Source: an uncultured Bifidobacteriaceae bacterium (GTDB taxonomy: Bacteria; Actinomycetota; Acidimicrobiia; IMCC26256; PALSA-555). Taken from it: 64,000 nucleotides of DNA. Within the stretch, counting starts at the first letter, position 1. Each line of letters opens with the position of its first letter. The position numbers were made by a program, and so were the translations under genes. This document shows, one piece after another, positions 45,974 to 54,954 of the stretch. The notes below the pieces were generated by a model, which saw only the letters and a list, made by a program, of their open reading frames with translations, was not told where the DNA came from and did not search any database. The stretch lies in assembly GCA_964532485.1 (NCBI GenBank), contig CAZHKE010000008.1:745-64744 (forward strand), in the 5' to 3' direction.

Positions 45974-46809
45974 GGCGGGCTGACCTCCTGCGAGTCGAAC
46001 CCCCAACCCGTCGGGACGGCGAGGAGCTCGGCTCGACGGCGCGACCGGGGGAAGATCGCGGAGCTCACGATGCCGACCAGCAGCCGCAGGTAGTTGACGG
46101 CGAGCACGAAGCCGCGCGCCGACGGCACACCGCCGGCCCGCGGGCGCATGCGCACCGGGACCTCGACGATGCGCCCGCCGAGGTCGTGGATCATGAGCAG
46201 CGCCTCGACCGTGTCGGCCAGGTACTCGACCGGGTACTGGCGCGAGAGAACCTCGATCGCGGGACGCGAGAAGCCGCGATAGCCCGAGGTCACGTCGGTG
46301 AACGTCTGCCCCGTCCGCATCCGCACGAGCCGCGCGAGCGATCGCATCGCGCGCCGCCGTGTCCGCCCGACCTCGTAGTCGGGAGCCCCCTCGGCGAAGC
46401 GGCTGCCGATCACGAGGTCGGCACCGTCATCGACTGCCGCGACGAGTGCGCTGATCCCGTCGGCGTCGTGCTGTCCGTCGGCATCCACGACCACCGCGCA
46501 CGCGAACTCCCCCTCGGCGGCGTAGCGAAGCCCGGCGCGCACGGCACCGCCCACGCCGAGGTTGAACGGCAGGCACACGACGTGCGCGCCCTCCTCGCGG
46601 GCTACGGCGGTGGTGCGGTCCCGCGACCCGTCGTCGACCACCGCGACCTGGACCGAGGGCTGGGCCCGGCGGAGCTCGGCCAACGTGGCCGGGAGCGCGT
46701 CCTCCTCGTCGTAGGCCGGGACGATCACCAGCGTGCCGGCAGCACGCCGGCTCGAGGACGACGCGCCGGGAGCACGCTGGGACGAGCGGGACGTGCCCGG
46801 GGAATCCAT
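45970..46809 (-). CDS. GT2 polyprenyl-phosphate glycosyltransferase (GtrB/PpgS-like)
   Basis: Start at ATG 46809 (MDSPGTS...); LVIVPAYDEE...VVDDGSRDRT...VVVDADGQHD...IGSRF. Confidence 0.85.
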   Translation of the reverse strand: MDSPGTSRSSQRAPGASSSSRRAAGTLVIVPAYDEEDALPATLAELRRAQPSVQVAVVDDGSRDRTTAVAREEGAHVVCLPFNLGVGGAVRAGLRYAAEGEFACAVVVDADGQHDADGISALVAAVDDGADLVIGSRFAEGAPDYEVGRTRRRAMRSLARLVRMRTGQTFTDVTSGYRGFSRPAIEVLSRQYPVEYLADTVEALLMIHDLGGRIVEVPVRMRPRAGGVPSARGFVLAVNYLRLLVGIVSSAIFPRSRRRAELLAVPTGWGFDSQEVSPP

Positions 46810-46886
46810 CGGTCGAGACGGTAATCTCGCCCGCTCGCCCGGACGCGAGATCACGCTCGCAGACCAGGAGAACCACGCTGTCCGCT

Positions 46887-48584
46887 GTGCCCGCGCTGAC
46901 CGGCCGTCAGCGCACGATCGTCGCGGTCGGCATCCTCGCTCTCGTCGTCGCCCTGCCACTCGTGGGGCTCTTCGGGCGACCGGGGCCGCCGATGGAGGAG
47001 GGCTTCATGCTCACCTTCGGCGAGAGCTTCCTGCGCGGCGACGTGCCCAACCGCGACTTCCTCCACCTCTACGGGCCCGGAGGCGTGTGGGTGCTCGCAG
47101 GCGCGTTCGAGCTGTTCGGGGTGTCGCTCGTCGTCGAGCGCCTCGTGGGCTTGCTCCAGCTCCTCGGGATCATCGGCGGCGTGTTCCTGCTGGCGTGGCC
47201 CTGGGGGCGGAAGGTCGCGCTGACCGGCGCCGCGATCACCGCGTTCGTGATCATCCCGCCGATCGGCCTGACCGCGCTCGCATGGAACGGCGGCATCGCG
47301 CTGGGGGTGCTCGGGTTGGCTGCAGCGCTGGGCGCCATGCGCGCGAGCACGGCGCGCGCGCAATCGATCCTCGCGATCCTCGGAGGCGCGTCGCTCGGCG
47401 CCGCCCTCCTGTACCGACCGGACCTCGTGCTCGCGGCGCTGCTCGCGGGCTTCTTCCTCGTCCGCCTGTCCGACGGCCGGGTGCGCATCCGGCTGCTCGT
47501 CGCGTTCGGCGCCGTCCTGAGCCTCTACCTCGTCCACTTCGCGATGGCAGGGATCGGCGACTCGATCCAGGGCATGGTGATCGATCCGGTGTTCAACCTG
47601 CGCGGGGGGCGCAGGCTGCCGTTGCCACCGAGCCTCGACGGCTACGACGCCTTCCTCGTGCGGCTCGTCGACGACGAGGCGATCTCGTGGCCGATCCCCC
47701 ACCTCGACGGACCCGTGCAGCTGACGGTGTGGTTCGCGCTGCTCGTCGGCACGCTGATCGCGCTCACGCTGGGCGCCGTGCACCTGCGCCGGCGCGAGCC
47801 CAACGCCTTCCGGGGAATCGTGCTCGCCGTCGTCGCCGCGTTCTCGATCGGCATCCTTCCCCAAGCCTTGCAGCGGCCGGACCCGACGCACCTCGCCTGG
47901 GTGAGCTGCGTCCCGTTCGGCTTCCTCCCGGTGCTCGCCTACGAGCTCGTGCGACGCCGGCGACCGACGTCCTCGCCCCTGCGTCTCTACGTCGCGAGCG
48001 CGGTGCCGGTCGTCGTGATCCTCGCGCTGCTCGTGCCGACCTTCCTCGTCCGCGACTACGCCGACGTGTCGCTCGAGACGTTCGGGCTCTCCAAGAAGTC
48101 GCACGAGATCGAGAACAAGGGGCGACGCTTCTACTACGGCAACGCCGAAGCCGCGAACGAGCTCGCGGAGCTCCTCCCCGTGGCGAACGACATCGCGCGC
48201 CCCGGTGATCGTCTCGTCGTCGGCACGGGCGACTTCCGCAAGACACCGCTCAGTGAGGCGTTCCTCTACTACCTGCTGCCGCAGACGCGGCCGGGGACGT
48301 ACTACATCGAGATGGACCCTGGCGTCGCGAACGCCGACGACTCACAGCTCGCCGACGACCTCGAGCACGCCGACCTCGTGATCCGGTCGCGCGTCTGGGA
48401 CGACTTCGAGGAGCCGAACGATTCGACGAAGCTGGGCTCGGCGCGGCCCAACCGTGTGTTGCGGAACCGGTTCTGCACGGTGCTCGACCTCCGGCTCTAC
48501 GAGCTGCTCGAGCGCTGCGACCGCGTCGAGGAGCGAGCAGCCGGTGCCGAACGGGATCGCGGAGAGGGTCCCGCGTCGATCTAG
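46887..48584 (+). CDS. polytopic membrane protein with C-terminal soluble domain (possible GT-C type)
   Basis: 565 aa; GTG start; about 10 hydrophobic segments then a charged C-terminal domain; divergent from the GT2 operon and followed by ppm1. Confidence 0.6.
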   Translation: MPALTGRQRTIVAVGILALVVALPLVGLFGRPGPPMEEGFMLTFGESFLRGDVPNRDFLHLYGPGGVWVLAGAFELFGVSLVVERLVGLLQLLGIIGGVFLLAWPWGRKVALTGAAITAFVIIPPIGLTALAWNGGIALGVLGLAAALGAMRASTARAQSILAILGGASLGAALLYRPDLVLAALLAGFFLVRLSDGRVRIRLLVAFGAVLSLYLVHFAMAGIGDSIQGMVIDPVFNLRGGRRLPLPPSLDGYDAFLVRLVDDEAISWPIPHLDGPVQLTVWFALLVGTLIALTLGAVHLRRREPNAFRGIVLAVVAAFSIGILPQALQRPDPTHLAWVSCVPFGFLPVLAYELVRRRRPTSSPLRLYVASAVPVVVILALLVPTFLVRDYADVSLETFGLSKKSHEIENKGRRFYYGNAEAANELAELLPVANDIARPGDRLVVGTGDFRKTPLSEAFLYYLLPQTRPGTYYIEMDPGVANADDSQLADDLEHADLVIRSRVWDDFEEPNDSTKLGSARPNRVLRNRFCTVLDLRLYELLERCDRVEERAAGAERDRGEGPASI

Positions 48585-48593
48585 TCTCCGCGG

Positions 48594-49355
48594 ATGCGGA
48601 CGCTCGTGTGCATCCCCACCTACCTGGAGGTGGAGAACATCGAGGATGCGCTGACGCGGGTCCGCACCTGCGCGCCGACCGTCGACGTGCTCGTCATCGA
48701 CGACACCAGCCCTGATGGCACCGCGGACCTCGCGGAGAAGGTGGGTCGGGAGCTCGGCCAGATCGACGTGCTCCGCCGACCGCACAAGAAGGGACTCGGC
48801 GAGGCGTACCGCGCCGGCTTCGCGGTCGGGATCGAACGTGGCTACGACGTGCTCGTCCAGATGGACGCCGACCTCTCCCACGACGCACGGGCGCTGCCGT
48901 CGCTCCTCGCACGAGTCGAGGAGGGAGCGGATCTCTCGATCGGTTCGCGCTACATCCCGGGCGGCTCCGTGCCGCACTGGCCCTGGCACCGCCGCGCGCT
49001 CTCCAGGTGGGGCAACTGGTACTCGGGCTTCATGCTGGCGTGCGGCGTGCGTGACATGACCTCGGGGTACCGCGCCTACCGCCGCGAGACGCTCGAAGCC
49101 GTCGACTACGCGGGAACCCGCGCCGTGGGCTACGGCTTCCAGATCGAGCTCGCCTACCGCGTCTCGCGCTGGGGCGGGAAGGTCGCCGAGACCCCGATCA
49201 CGTTCACCGATCGCGAGCGCGGGCATTCGAAGATGTCGCCCGCGGTGGCGTTCGAGGAGCTCTGGCTCGTCACCTGGTGGTCACTGCGCGACCGCCCCTG
49301 GTGGCGCAAGTCCCGGAAGAAGTCCGGCGCGGCGGCGAACGAGCCGAGCGAGTGA
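48594..49355 (+). CDS. ppm1: polyprenol monophosphomannose synthase
   Basis: 253 aa; VCIPTYLEVENI...VIDDTSPDGT...KKGLGEAYRAGF...QMDADLSHD...IGSRYIPGG...GYGFQIE...ETPITFTDRERGHSKMS. Confidence 0.9.
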   Translation: MRTLVCIPTYLEVENIEDALTRVRTCAPTVDVLVIDDTSPDGTADLAEKVGRELGQIDVLRRPHKKGLGEAYRAGFAVGIERGYDVLVQMDADLSHDARALPSLLARVEEGADLSIGSRYIPGGSVPHWPWHRRALSRWGNWYSGFMLACGVRDMTSGYRAYRRETLEAVDYAGTRAVGYGFQIELAYRVSRWGGKVAETPITFTDRERGHSKMSPAVAFEELWLVTWWSLRDRPWWRKSRKKSGAAANEPSE

Positions 49356-49389
49356 GCTCGCCGGAGCAGCCGAGCGGCTGCGACCGGTG

Positions 49390-50502
49390 TCAGGGCACCC
49401 AGGATCCGAAGAATGCGAGCAGCGCGTAGCCGAAGAGGCCGGCGCCGGAGAGCACGAGGACGGGTCGCTCCACCTCGGGTCGGCGCGTCACCGCGGCGAC
49501 GGCGACGATGAACGGGAACGTGCTGAGGCAGTAGCGCTCGAACGAGTCGAGGTTCGACGCGGAGAGCCCGAGCACGAGCGCGAGCGCGCAGTACGCGAAG
49601 TACGAGCGCGGCAGCGTCCGCCAGACCACGACCAGCAACGCCAGGAACACCGCGGCCCACAAGAGGTGCAGGCCCGAGCCGAAGCGATCGCCACCGCTGA
49701 CGGTGGCCTCGATCGCGCGCCATACGCGCGTGAACGGATCCACGAACCCGCCGCGCAAGGTGGCGGTGTTCTGCACCGACAACGGCTCGAACGCGTCGCC
49801 GAACCGGATGCCGACGTAGGCGAGGTAGATGCCCATGCCGGCGGCGGGCGCGACGACCGTCAACCCGCGCTCCACCCGTTCTCGGGTCGACGCCTCCCGC
49901 CACCGTGTCAGGGCCTCGACGAGCAGCGGCAGCACGAGCAAGATGGCGACGGGTCGCGCGAGTCCCGCAAGCAGCGCGAAGACCGCCGCAAGCGCCCAGC
50001 GTCGACTCCTGATGCCGAGGAAGACACCGACGGTCAGCGCCATCGCCAGGCTCTCGGCGTACCCGAGCACCAGCGCCACTGCCGGCGACAGCACCAGCGC
50101 GAACCATGTCGCGCGCACGGCGAGCGCCTCGTCACCGGTGTCGACGATCGCCAGCCGATGCAGCAGCGCGGCGAAGACGAGCGCGCCGACGTTGGCGATG
50201 ACGATCACCGCCACGTCCTCGTGCCCGAGGAAGACGAACCCGAGGACACGGGACAGCGCGGGGAGCAGCGGGAAGAAGCGCAGCGCGCTCTCGTGCACGC
50301 CCGTGTACCCGAACTCCGAGATCACGCGGTACCAGCCGCCATCCCAGGCGAACAGCCCCTGTGCCAGCGGGATCGGCCGTGGGAGGCTCGAGACGTCCTG
50401 GTGCAAGAAGCGGGCGGTCGCCAACGCGCCGATCACGACCGCCCGCGAGATGATCCACGGCACGACGGCGACCCGAAGGTCGCGCCGCAGGAGCTCCGTC
50501 AC
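49390..50502 (-). CDS. PIG-V-like mannosyltransferase family membrane protein
   Basis: GTG at 50502 overlaps the LLM stop (GTGA); polytopic; LFAWDGGWYRVISEFGY...ALRFFPLLPALSRVL pattern. Confidence 0.6.
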   Translation of the reverse strand: MTELLRRDLRVAVVPWIISRAVVIGALATARFLHQDVSSLPRPIPLAQGLFAWDGGWYRVISEFGYTGVHESALRFFPLLPALSRVLGFVFLGHEDVAVIVIANVGALVFAALLHRLAIVDTGDEALAVRATWFALVLSPAVALVLGYAESLAMALTVGVFLGIRSRRWALAAVFALLAGLARPVAILLVLPLLVEALTRWREASTRERVERGLTVVAPAAGMGIYLAYVGIRFGDAFEPLSVQNTATLRGGFVDPFTRVWRAIEATVSGGDRFGSGLHLLWAAVFLALLVVVWRTLPRSYFAYCALALVLGLSASNLDSFERYCLSTFPFIVAVAAVTRRPEVERPVLVLSGAGLFGYALLAFFGSWVP

Positions 50503-51479
50503 ATCGACACGTTCGGGATGACCTCGGCTGCGAAGCGCTCGAGGCTCTCGGAGGACGGGAAGTCGCGGAACCACAGCACGAACTCGCGACAACCAGCGTC
50601 GACGAACGCCTGCACCTTGTCGGTCACGACCTCGACCGTGCCGACGAGGTTCTCGCGCTCATACGTGCTGCTGTCGCCGCGTCCCCGGAGGTGTCCCCCG
50701 TCGGGGCCGTCGAGCCACGCCCGGAGGTCGCGCTCGGTGTCGAAGATCCGGCAGTCGGGTCCGTGCGTGCGCACGATCGTGTCGAAGTCTCGCCCGATCG
50801 CGTCGCAGTGCCCGCGGAGCACCTCCGACTTGTGGACGAACTGCTCGAGGCCGACCTGCCAGTTGGTCGCGTCGGCGTGCTGCGCGGCGATGCGCAGCGT
50901 CACCTTCTCGCCGCCCCCGCCGACCCAGAGCTCGGGCAGCTGCTGGACGGGCTTCGGGTCGCAGTAGGCACCGTCGAGGCGGACGAACGCACCGTCGAGG
51001 GTCACGGTCTCCTCGCTCCAGAGGCGCCGGATGGCGACGATGGTCTCCTCGAGGATCGCCAGCCGCTCCCCCGCGGACGGGTACGGGTAGCCGTACGCCT
51101 CGTACTCGCGCTCGTACCATCCGGCACCGAGCCCGAGGATCAGGCGACCGCCCGACATCACGTCGACGCCGGCCGCCTCCTTGGCGAGCAGGCCGGCGTT
51201 GCGGTACGCGGCGCACGTGACGAGCTGCCCGAGCCGAATCGTGCTCGTGCGCTGCGAGAGCGCGGCGAGCGTGGTGAACGCCTCGAAGACGTGCGTCGGC
51301 TCGCGGCGCGGGACGGTCTCGACGTGGTCGTAGACCCAGAGGTGGTCGTAGCCGGCGGCCTCGGCGATCGCGGCGAGCTCGACGGTGCGGGCCCAGGCGT
51401 CGGTGCCCGTCCACCCGGAGTACTCGAGCTTCCAGCCCTGAGGTGCGAACGCGCCGTAGCGGAGCCCCGTGTCACGCAC
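50499..51479 (-). CDS. LLM-class F420-dependent oxidoreductase
   Basis: 326 aa; GYDHLWVYDHV...LGLGAGWYEREY...; GTG start overlaps the methyltransferase stop (GTGCGTGA). Confidence 0.8.
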   Translation of the reverse strand: MRDTGLRYGAFAPQGWKLEYSGWTGTDAWARTVELAAIAEAAGYDHLWVYDHVETVPRREPTHVFEAFTTLAALSQRTSTIRLGQLVTCAAYRNAGLLAKEAAGVDVMSGGRLILGLGAGWYEREYEAYGYPYPSAGERLAILEETIVAIRRLWSEETVTLDGAFVRLDGAYCDPKPVQQLPELWVGGGGEKVTLRIAAQHADATNWQVGLEQFVHKSEVLRGHCDAIGRDFDTIVRTHGPDCRIFDTERDLRAWLDGPDGGHLRGRGDSSTYERENLVGTVEVVTDKVQAFVDAGCREFVLWFRDFPSSESLERFAAEVIPNVSM

Positions 51480-52245
51480 GACCGGTACCGTCCCCCGTCT
51501 CGCCGAGCTTGGTCACGTGGATGACGCAGTTCCAGCACAGGAGCTCGCGCGCGACCGGGATGCGCGTCAGGAACGACGCCCAGGTCCAGTACCTCGGCTC
51601 GGCCTGGTCGACGCGCAGGTCGGGGTGCGCTCGGACGAGCCGCAGCGTCGGCCCGACGTGGACCGGGAACAGGCCCTCGCCGTAGCGGTTCTTCGGGACG
51701 CCATGACGCTTCTCGTACAGGCGCGGCCCCAGCTTCGTGCCCAGATAGTGGTACGGCGTCATCTCGTGGCCGCCCCAGGGGGAGTACCAGTTCGTCCACG
51801 AGACGTAGCCCCAGCCGCCGGGGCGCAGCACCCGCGCGAGCTCGCCCACGACGGCTCGGGTGTCGGGGGTGTGCTCGAGCATGTTGGAGCAGAACACGGC
51901 GTCGACGCTGGCGTCCGCGAGGGGAAGCCGCTGCGCGTCGCCGATGACGGCATCGCCGGGAGGTGTGCCGGAGAGGCGCAGCTCGGCGAGCGAGTGCTCG
52001 AGCGGGACCACGTCGGCGCCACGGACGCGGAACGCCTCGGTGTAGAACCCCGGGCCGCACGCGAGGTCGACGACGCGCCGACCCGCGACGCGACCGTGCC
52101 GCGCCTCGAGCCCTTCGACCGTCTCGGCCGCGAGCATCGTGTAGAAGGGCGCCGGATCCTCCCGCTCCCGGCGGAACCGGCGCAGGAGCTCGCGGACCCT
52201 CGCGGGACCGCGCAGCCGTTGGGATTCGTCGAGCGTCGTCGTCAA
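51472..52245 (-). CDS. class I SAM-dependent methyltransferase
   Basis: 257 aa; VVDLACGPGFY, DAVFCSNMLEH, SWTNWYSPWGGHE; TTG start is uncertain. Confidence 0.8.
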   Translation of the reverse strand: MTTTLDESQRLRGPARVRELLRRFRREREDPAPFYTMLAAETVEGLEARHGRVAGRRVVDLACGPGFYTEAFRVRGADVVPLEHSLAELRLSGTPPGDAVIGDAQRLPLADASVDAVFCSNMLEHTPDTRAVVGELARVLRPGGWGYVSWTNWYSPWGGHEMTPYHYLGTKLGPRLYEKRHGVPKNRYGEGLFPVHVGPTLRLVRAHPDLRVDQAEPRYWTWASFLTRIPVARELLCWNCVIHVTKLGETGDGTGRA

Positions 52246-52255
52246 TTGGGGGGCG

Positions 52256-52723
52256 TCACCCCGCCGGCGCGACGGAGGAGTCCTTGAAGTCCCACCACTG
52301 GATCTCGACCATCATGGGCAGCAGGTACTTCACGTAGAAGCTCGTGATCGCGAGCACATCGTGGTCGTCGACCTTCTTGTCGATGATGTCGACCCGCTCG
52401 TCGCGCTTCTGGTGCTCCTTCGCCCGATCGAGCATCTCGTCGAGCTCGGCCTCGCTGGCGACGGACATGCCGAAATGGTCGAGCCGCGGGGCGACCATCG
52501 GTTGGTCGTCCGAGACGAGGAACACGAACTGCTCGTACGTGTAGCAGGACAGCACGAGGCGCCGCCCGTCCTCGGTCATCTGGGGCAGCTCCTCCCAGCC
52601 GAAGACGTCGCCGTAGAAGCGCGTGATCTCCTCGCGGCTCTCCGGGGTGAGAAGGTCGCTCGGGAGGCTCATCGCCACGTGGTTGAAGCGTGGCCGGCGA
52701 GGGCGTGCGATCTGACTGCTCAT
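52256..52723 (-). CDS. VOC (glyoxalase/bleomycin-resistance/dioxygenase) family protein
   Basis: Start at ATG 52723 overlapping the ADH stop (ATGA); FNHVAMSLP...FGWEE...DHFGMSV. Confidence 0.75.
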   Translation of the reverse strand: MSSQIARPRRPRFNHVAMSLPSDLLTPESREEITRFYGDVFGWEELPQMTEDGRRLVLSCYTYEQFVFLVSDDQPMVAPRLDHFGMSVASEAELDEMLDRAKEHQKRDERVDIIDKKVDDHDVLAITSFYVKYLLPMMVEIQWWDFKDSSVAPAG

Positions 52724-53769
52724 GGCGTTCCCTTCCACGGTACGACCAGCACCTTCGCCGCCAGGTCACCACCCGCGAGGCTCTCGAGGGCCCCGTAGAG
52801 ACCGTCGAGGCCGACATCGTCGCGCTCCAGGAGCACGGACGTCGGGAAGTCGGGCCTGGCCAGGAGCTCGAGCGCCCGGTCGAAGCCGTCCGCGTCGTAG
52901 ACGAAGGAGCCCCGGATCTCGAGCTCGTTGAGGAGGATGCGGTTCGGGTCGAAGCGGGGTGGGTGGATGCCAGCCCCCACGAGGACCAGCGTGCCGCCGC
53001 GCCGCAGCTGCCCCAACGCCGATTCCATCGCCGCGCGATGACCCGAGCACTCGAGGGCGACGTCGAACGGCTCGGCGACGATGTCGCCGGGCGAGGGCGG
53101 GGTGACCAGGGCGTCGGGCTCGACCGCGTGCGCGCCCAGCGCCTCGGCGACCGCACGGCGACGCGGGTGGGGCTCGCTCACCACGACGTCGGCGACGCCG
53201 CGCGCTCGCGCCGCGGCGATGCTCAGCGCGCCGATCGGGCCCGCGCCCGTGATCAAGACCCTCTGGTCGGCAGCGACGCGACCCTGGGTGAGGCCGTGCA
53301 GCGCGACGGCAAGCGGCTCGACGAGCGCGGCGTCGCGGATGTCGATCTCGTCGGGGATCCGGAGGAGCGCGTCCTCGTGCACCCGCACGAACTCCGCGAA
53401 CGCGCCGTCCTTGTGCACCGACATCCCGGGAGTGTTGCGCGCCGAGCACAGCGAGGGACGACCGGCCCGACAGAACTCGCACTCGCCACAACGGGGTGTC
53501 GGTCCGCCGACGACCTCGTCACCGACCCGCCAGCGCGCGACATCGGACCCGACCGCGATCACGCGCCCGGAGAACTCGTGTCCCTCGACCGAGCCGGGTC
53601 GTCCCCAGCCCTCGAGCACGAAGTGCAGGTCGCTGCCGCAGATGCCGCAGTGGCTCACCTCGAGCAGCACGTCGCGCTCACCGAGCTCGGGCACCGGCAC
53701 CTCTTCGACCGCGAGCTCGCGTTGCCCGTGATACACGGCGGCTCGCATCTTCGTCGGCAGCTCTGTCAT
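52720..53769 (-). CDS. zinc-dependent medium-chain alcohol/polyol dehydrogenase
   Basis: 349 aa; CGICGSDLH, GHEFSG, CGECEFC structural-zinc motif, ITGAGPIG. Confidence 0.9.
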   Translation of the reverse strand: MTELPTKMRAAVYHGQRELAVEEVPVPELGERDVLLEVSHCGICGSDLHFVLEGWGRPGSVEGHEFSGRVIAVGSDVARWRVGDEVVGGPTPRCGECEFCRAGRPSLCSARNTPGMSVHKDGAFAEFVRVHEDALLRIPDEIDIRDAALVEPLAVALHGLTQGRVAADQRVLITGAGPIGALSIAAARARGVADVVVSEPHPRRRAVAEALGAHAVEPDALVTPPSPGDIVAEPFDVALECSGHRAAMESALGQLRRGGTLVLVGAGIHPPRFDPNRILLNELEIRGSFVYDADGFDRALELLARPDFPTSVLLERDDVGLDGLYGALESLAGGDLAAKVLVVPWKGTP

Positions 53770-53930
53770 GGTCGGTCCACGTCCTCGTCAGGCGCACGCA
53801 GGGTGGGTCTGGGTGTCGAGCGTGTCGGACTCCTCTGCCAGCGCCCGCAGGGAGTCCATCGTCGCACCCGGCGCCCATCCATGCGGGGGGCGAGCGTAAT
53901 AGGGTCGTAGGCGTTCCAGAGGGGGGATCC

Positions 53931-54935
53931 ATGCGCGCACGCGTCGCGGTGATCGTGGCAGCGCTCTGCGTCGGTGCCACGATGCTCGTCGCCGCTCCGG
54001 CGACTGCCCACGAAGACGACGTCCCGACCAAGCAGGTCCGGATCGTCGACCTCAACCTGCTGCACGGGGTCTTCTGCCCGCAGGAGACGAACGGGTGCCA
54101 GTCGCCCGACCGGGTCGCACTCCTCATGCAGCAGCTCGAGGACGCCGAGTGCCCCGAGATCGTGGGCCTCCAGGAGATCAACACGAACCTGGCCATGCTG
54201 ATCGACAAGGCGCTGCCGAAGACGTGCGACGGCCACTACGAGGTCGTGTTCTCGAAGAAGCCGGCGACGCTCGACACCGAGCGGGTGCTGACGACGCTGC
54301 CCGTGAAGTCGACGAAGGTCCAGAAGCTCACGGGTGCGTTCCGCACCGCGTCGAGGGCCGTGCTGCGGTCGCCGATCGGTCCTCTGGTGCTCGTCGTGAC
54401 GCACCAAGACGGTGACCCCGAGGACAAGCCGCCGTCACCGCCGTGCGAGCGGACGTGCCCGCCGGTGTGCCGCGGCAAGGTCGACGGCCTCGCATGCCAG
54501 ACGGTGCTCGCCTCGGAGCTCGCCGACGACGCCGGCGGCCCGAAGGCGATCCGGGTGCTCATGGGCGACTTCAACTTCACGGCCACGAACCGGCGCTACC
54601 AGATGCTGATCGACGACGGCTGGACCGACGCGTACCTCGCGGCCGGCAACCCGGAGTGCGACCCGGCGACGGGCGCGGGCTGCACCGGCGGGCGCATCGA
54701 CGACGCCGTCGAGGCGCTCAAGGACCCGAGCGCCAAGAACTCCGAGCGGATCGACTTCATCTTCGTGAAGTCGGGCCAGAACTGCCCGGTGCAGTTCGAC
54801 TCGCCCGACGACGCCAACAGCAACGGCCTCGGCACTGCCCTGTTCGGTGACGAGGCGGCCACCGACGGCCCTGGTGGCATGGTGTGGACGTCCGACCACA
54901 CTGGTGTCAGCGCCGACATCTCCTGCGGCGCGTAG
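53931..54935 (+). CDS. secreted endonuclease/exonuclease/phosphatase (EEP) family protein
   Basis: ATG at 53931 after GAGGGGGGA; signal peptide MRARVAVIVAALCVGATMLVAAPATA; IVGLQE, MGDFNF, SDHTGV motifs; Cys-rich. Confidence 0.8.
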   Translation: MRARVAVIVAALCVGATMLVAAPATAHEDDVPTKQVRIVDLNLLHGVFCPQETNGCQSPDRVALLMQQLEDAECPEIVGLQEINTNLAMLIDKALPKTCDGHYEVVFSKKPATLDTERVLTTLPVKSTKVQKLTGAFRTASRAVLRSPIGPLVLVVTHQDGDPEDKPPSPPCERTCPPVCRGKVDGLACQTVLASELADDAGGPKAIRVLMGDFNFTATNRRYQMLIDDGWTDAYLAAGNPECDPATGAGCTGGRIDDAVEALKDPSAKNSERIDFIFVKSGQNCPVQFDSPDDANSNGLGTALFGDEAATDGPGGMVWTSDHTGVSADISCGA

Positions 54936-54954
54936 CTACGGAGGAGACGAGACC

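Noticed and set aside
46810-46886. Inverted repeat ATCTCGC...GCGAGAT (46824-46851) in the divergent GT2 / membrane-protein gap as an operator.
   Set aside because: It is only a 7-bp stem with a 14-nt loop and has no second occurrence in the window, so it is too weak to call.
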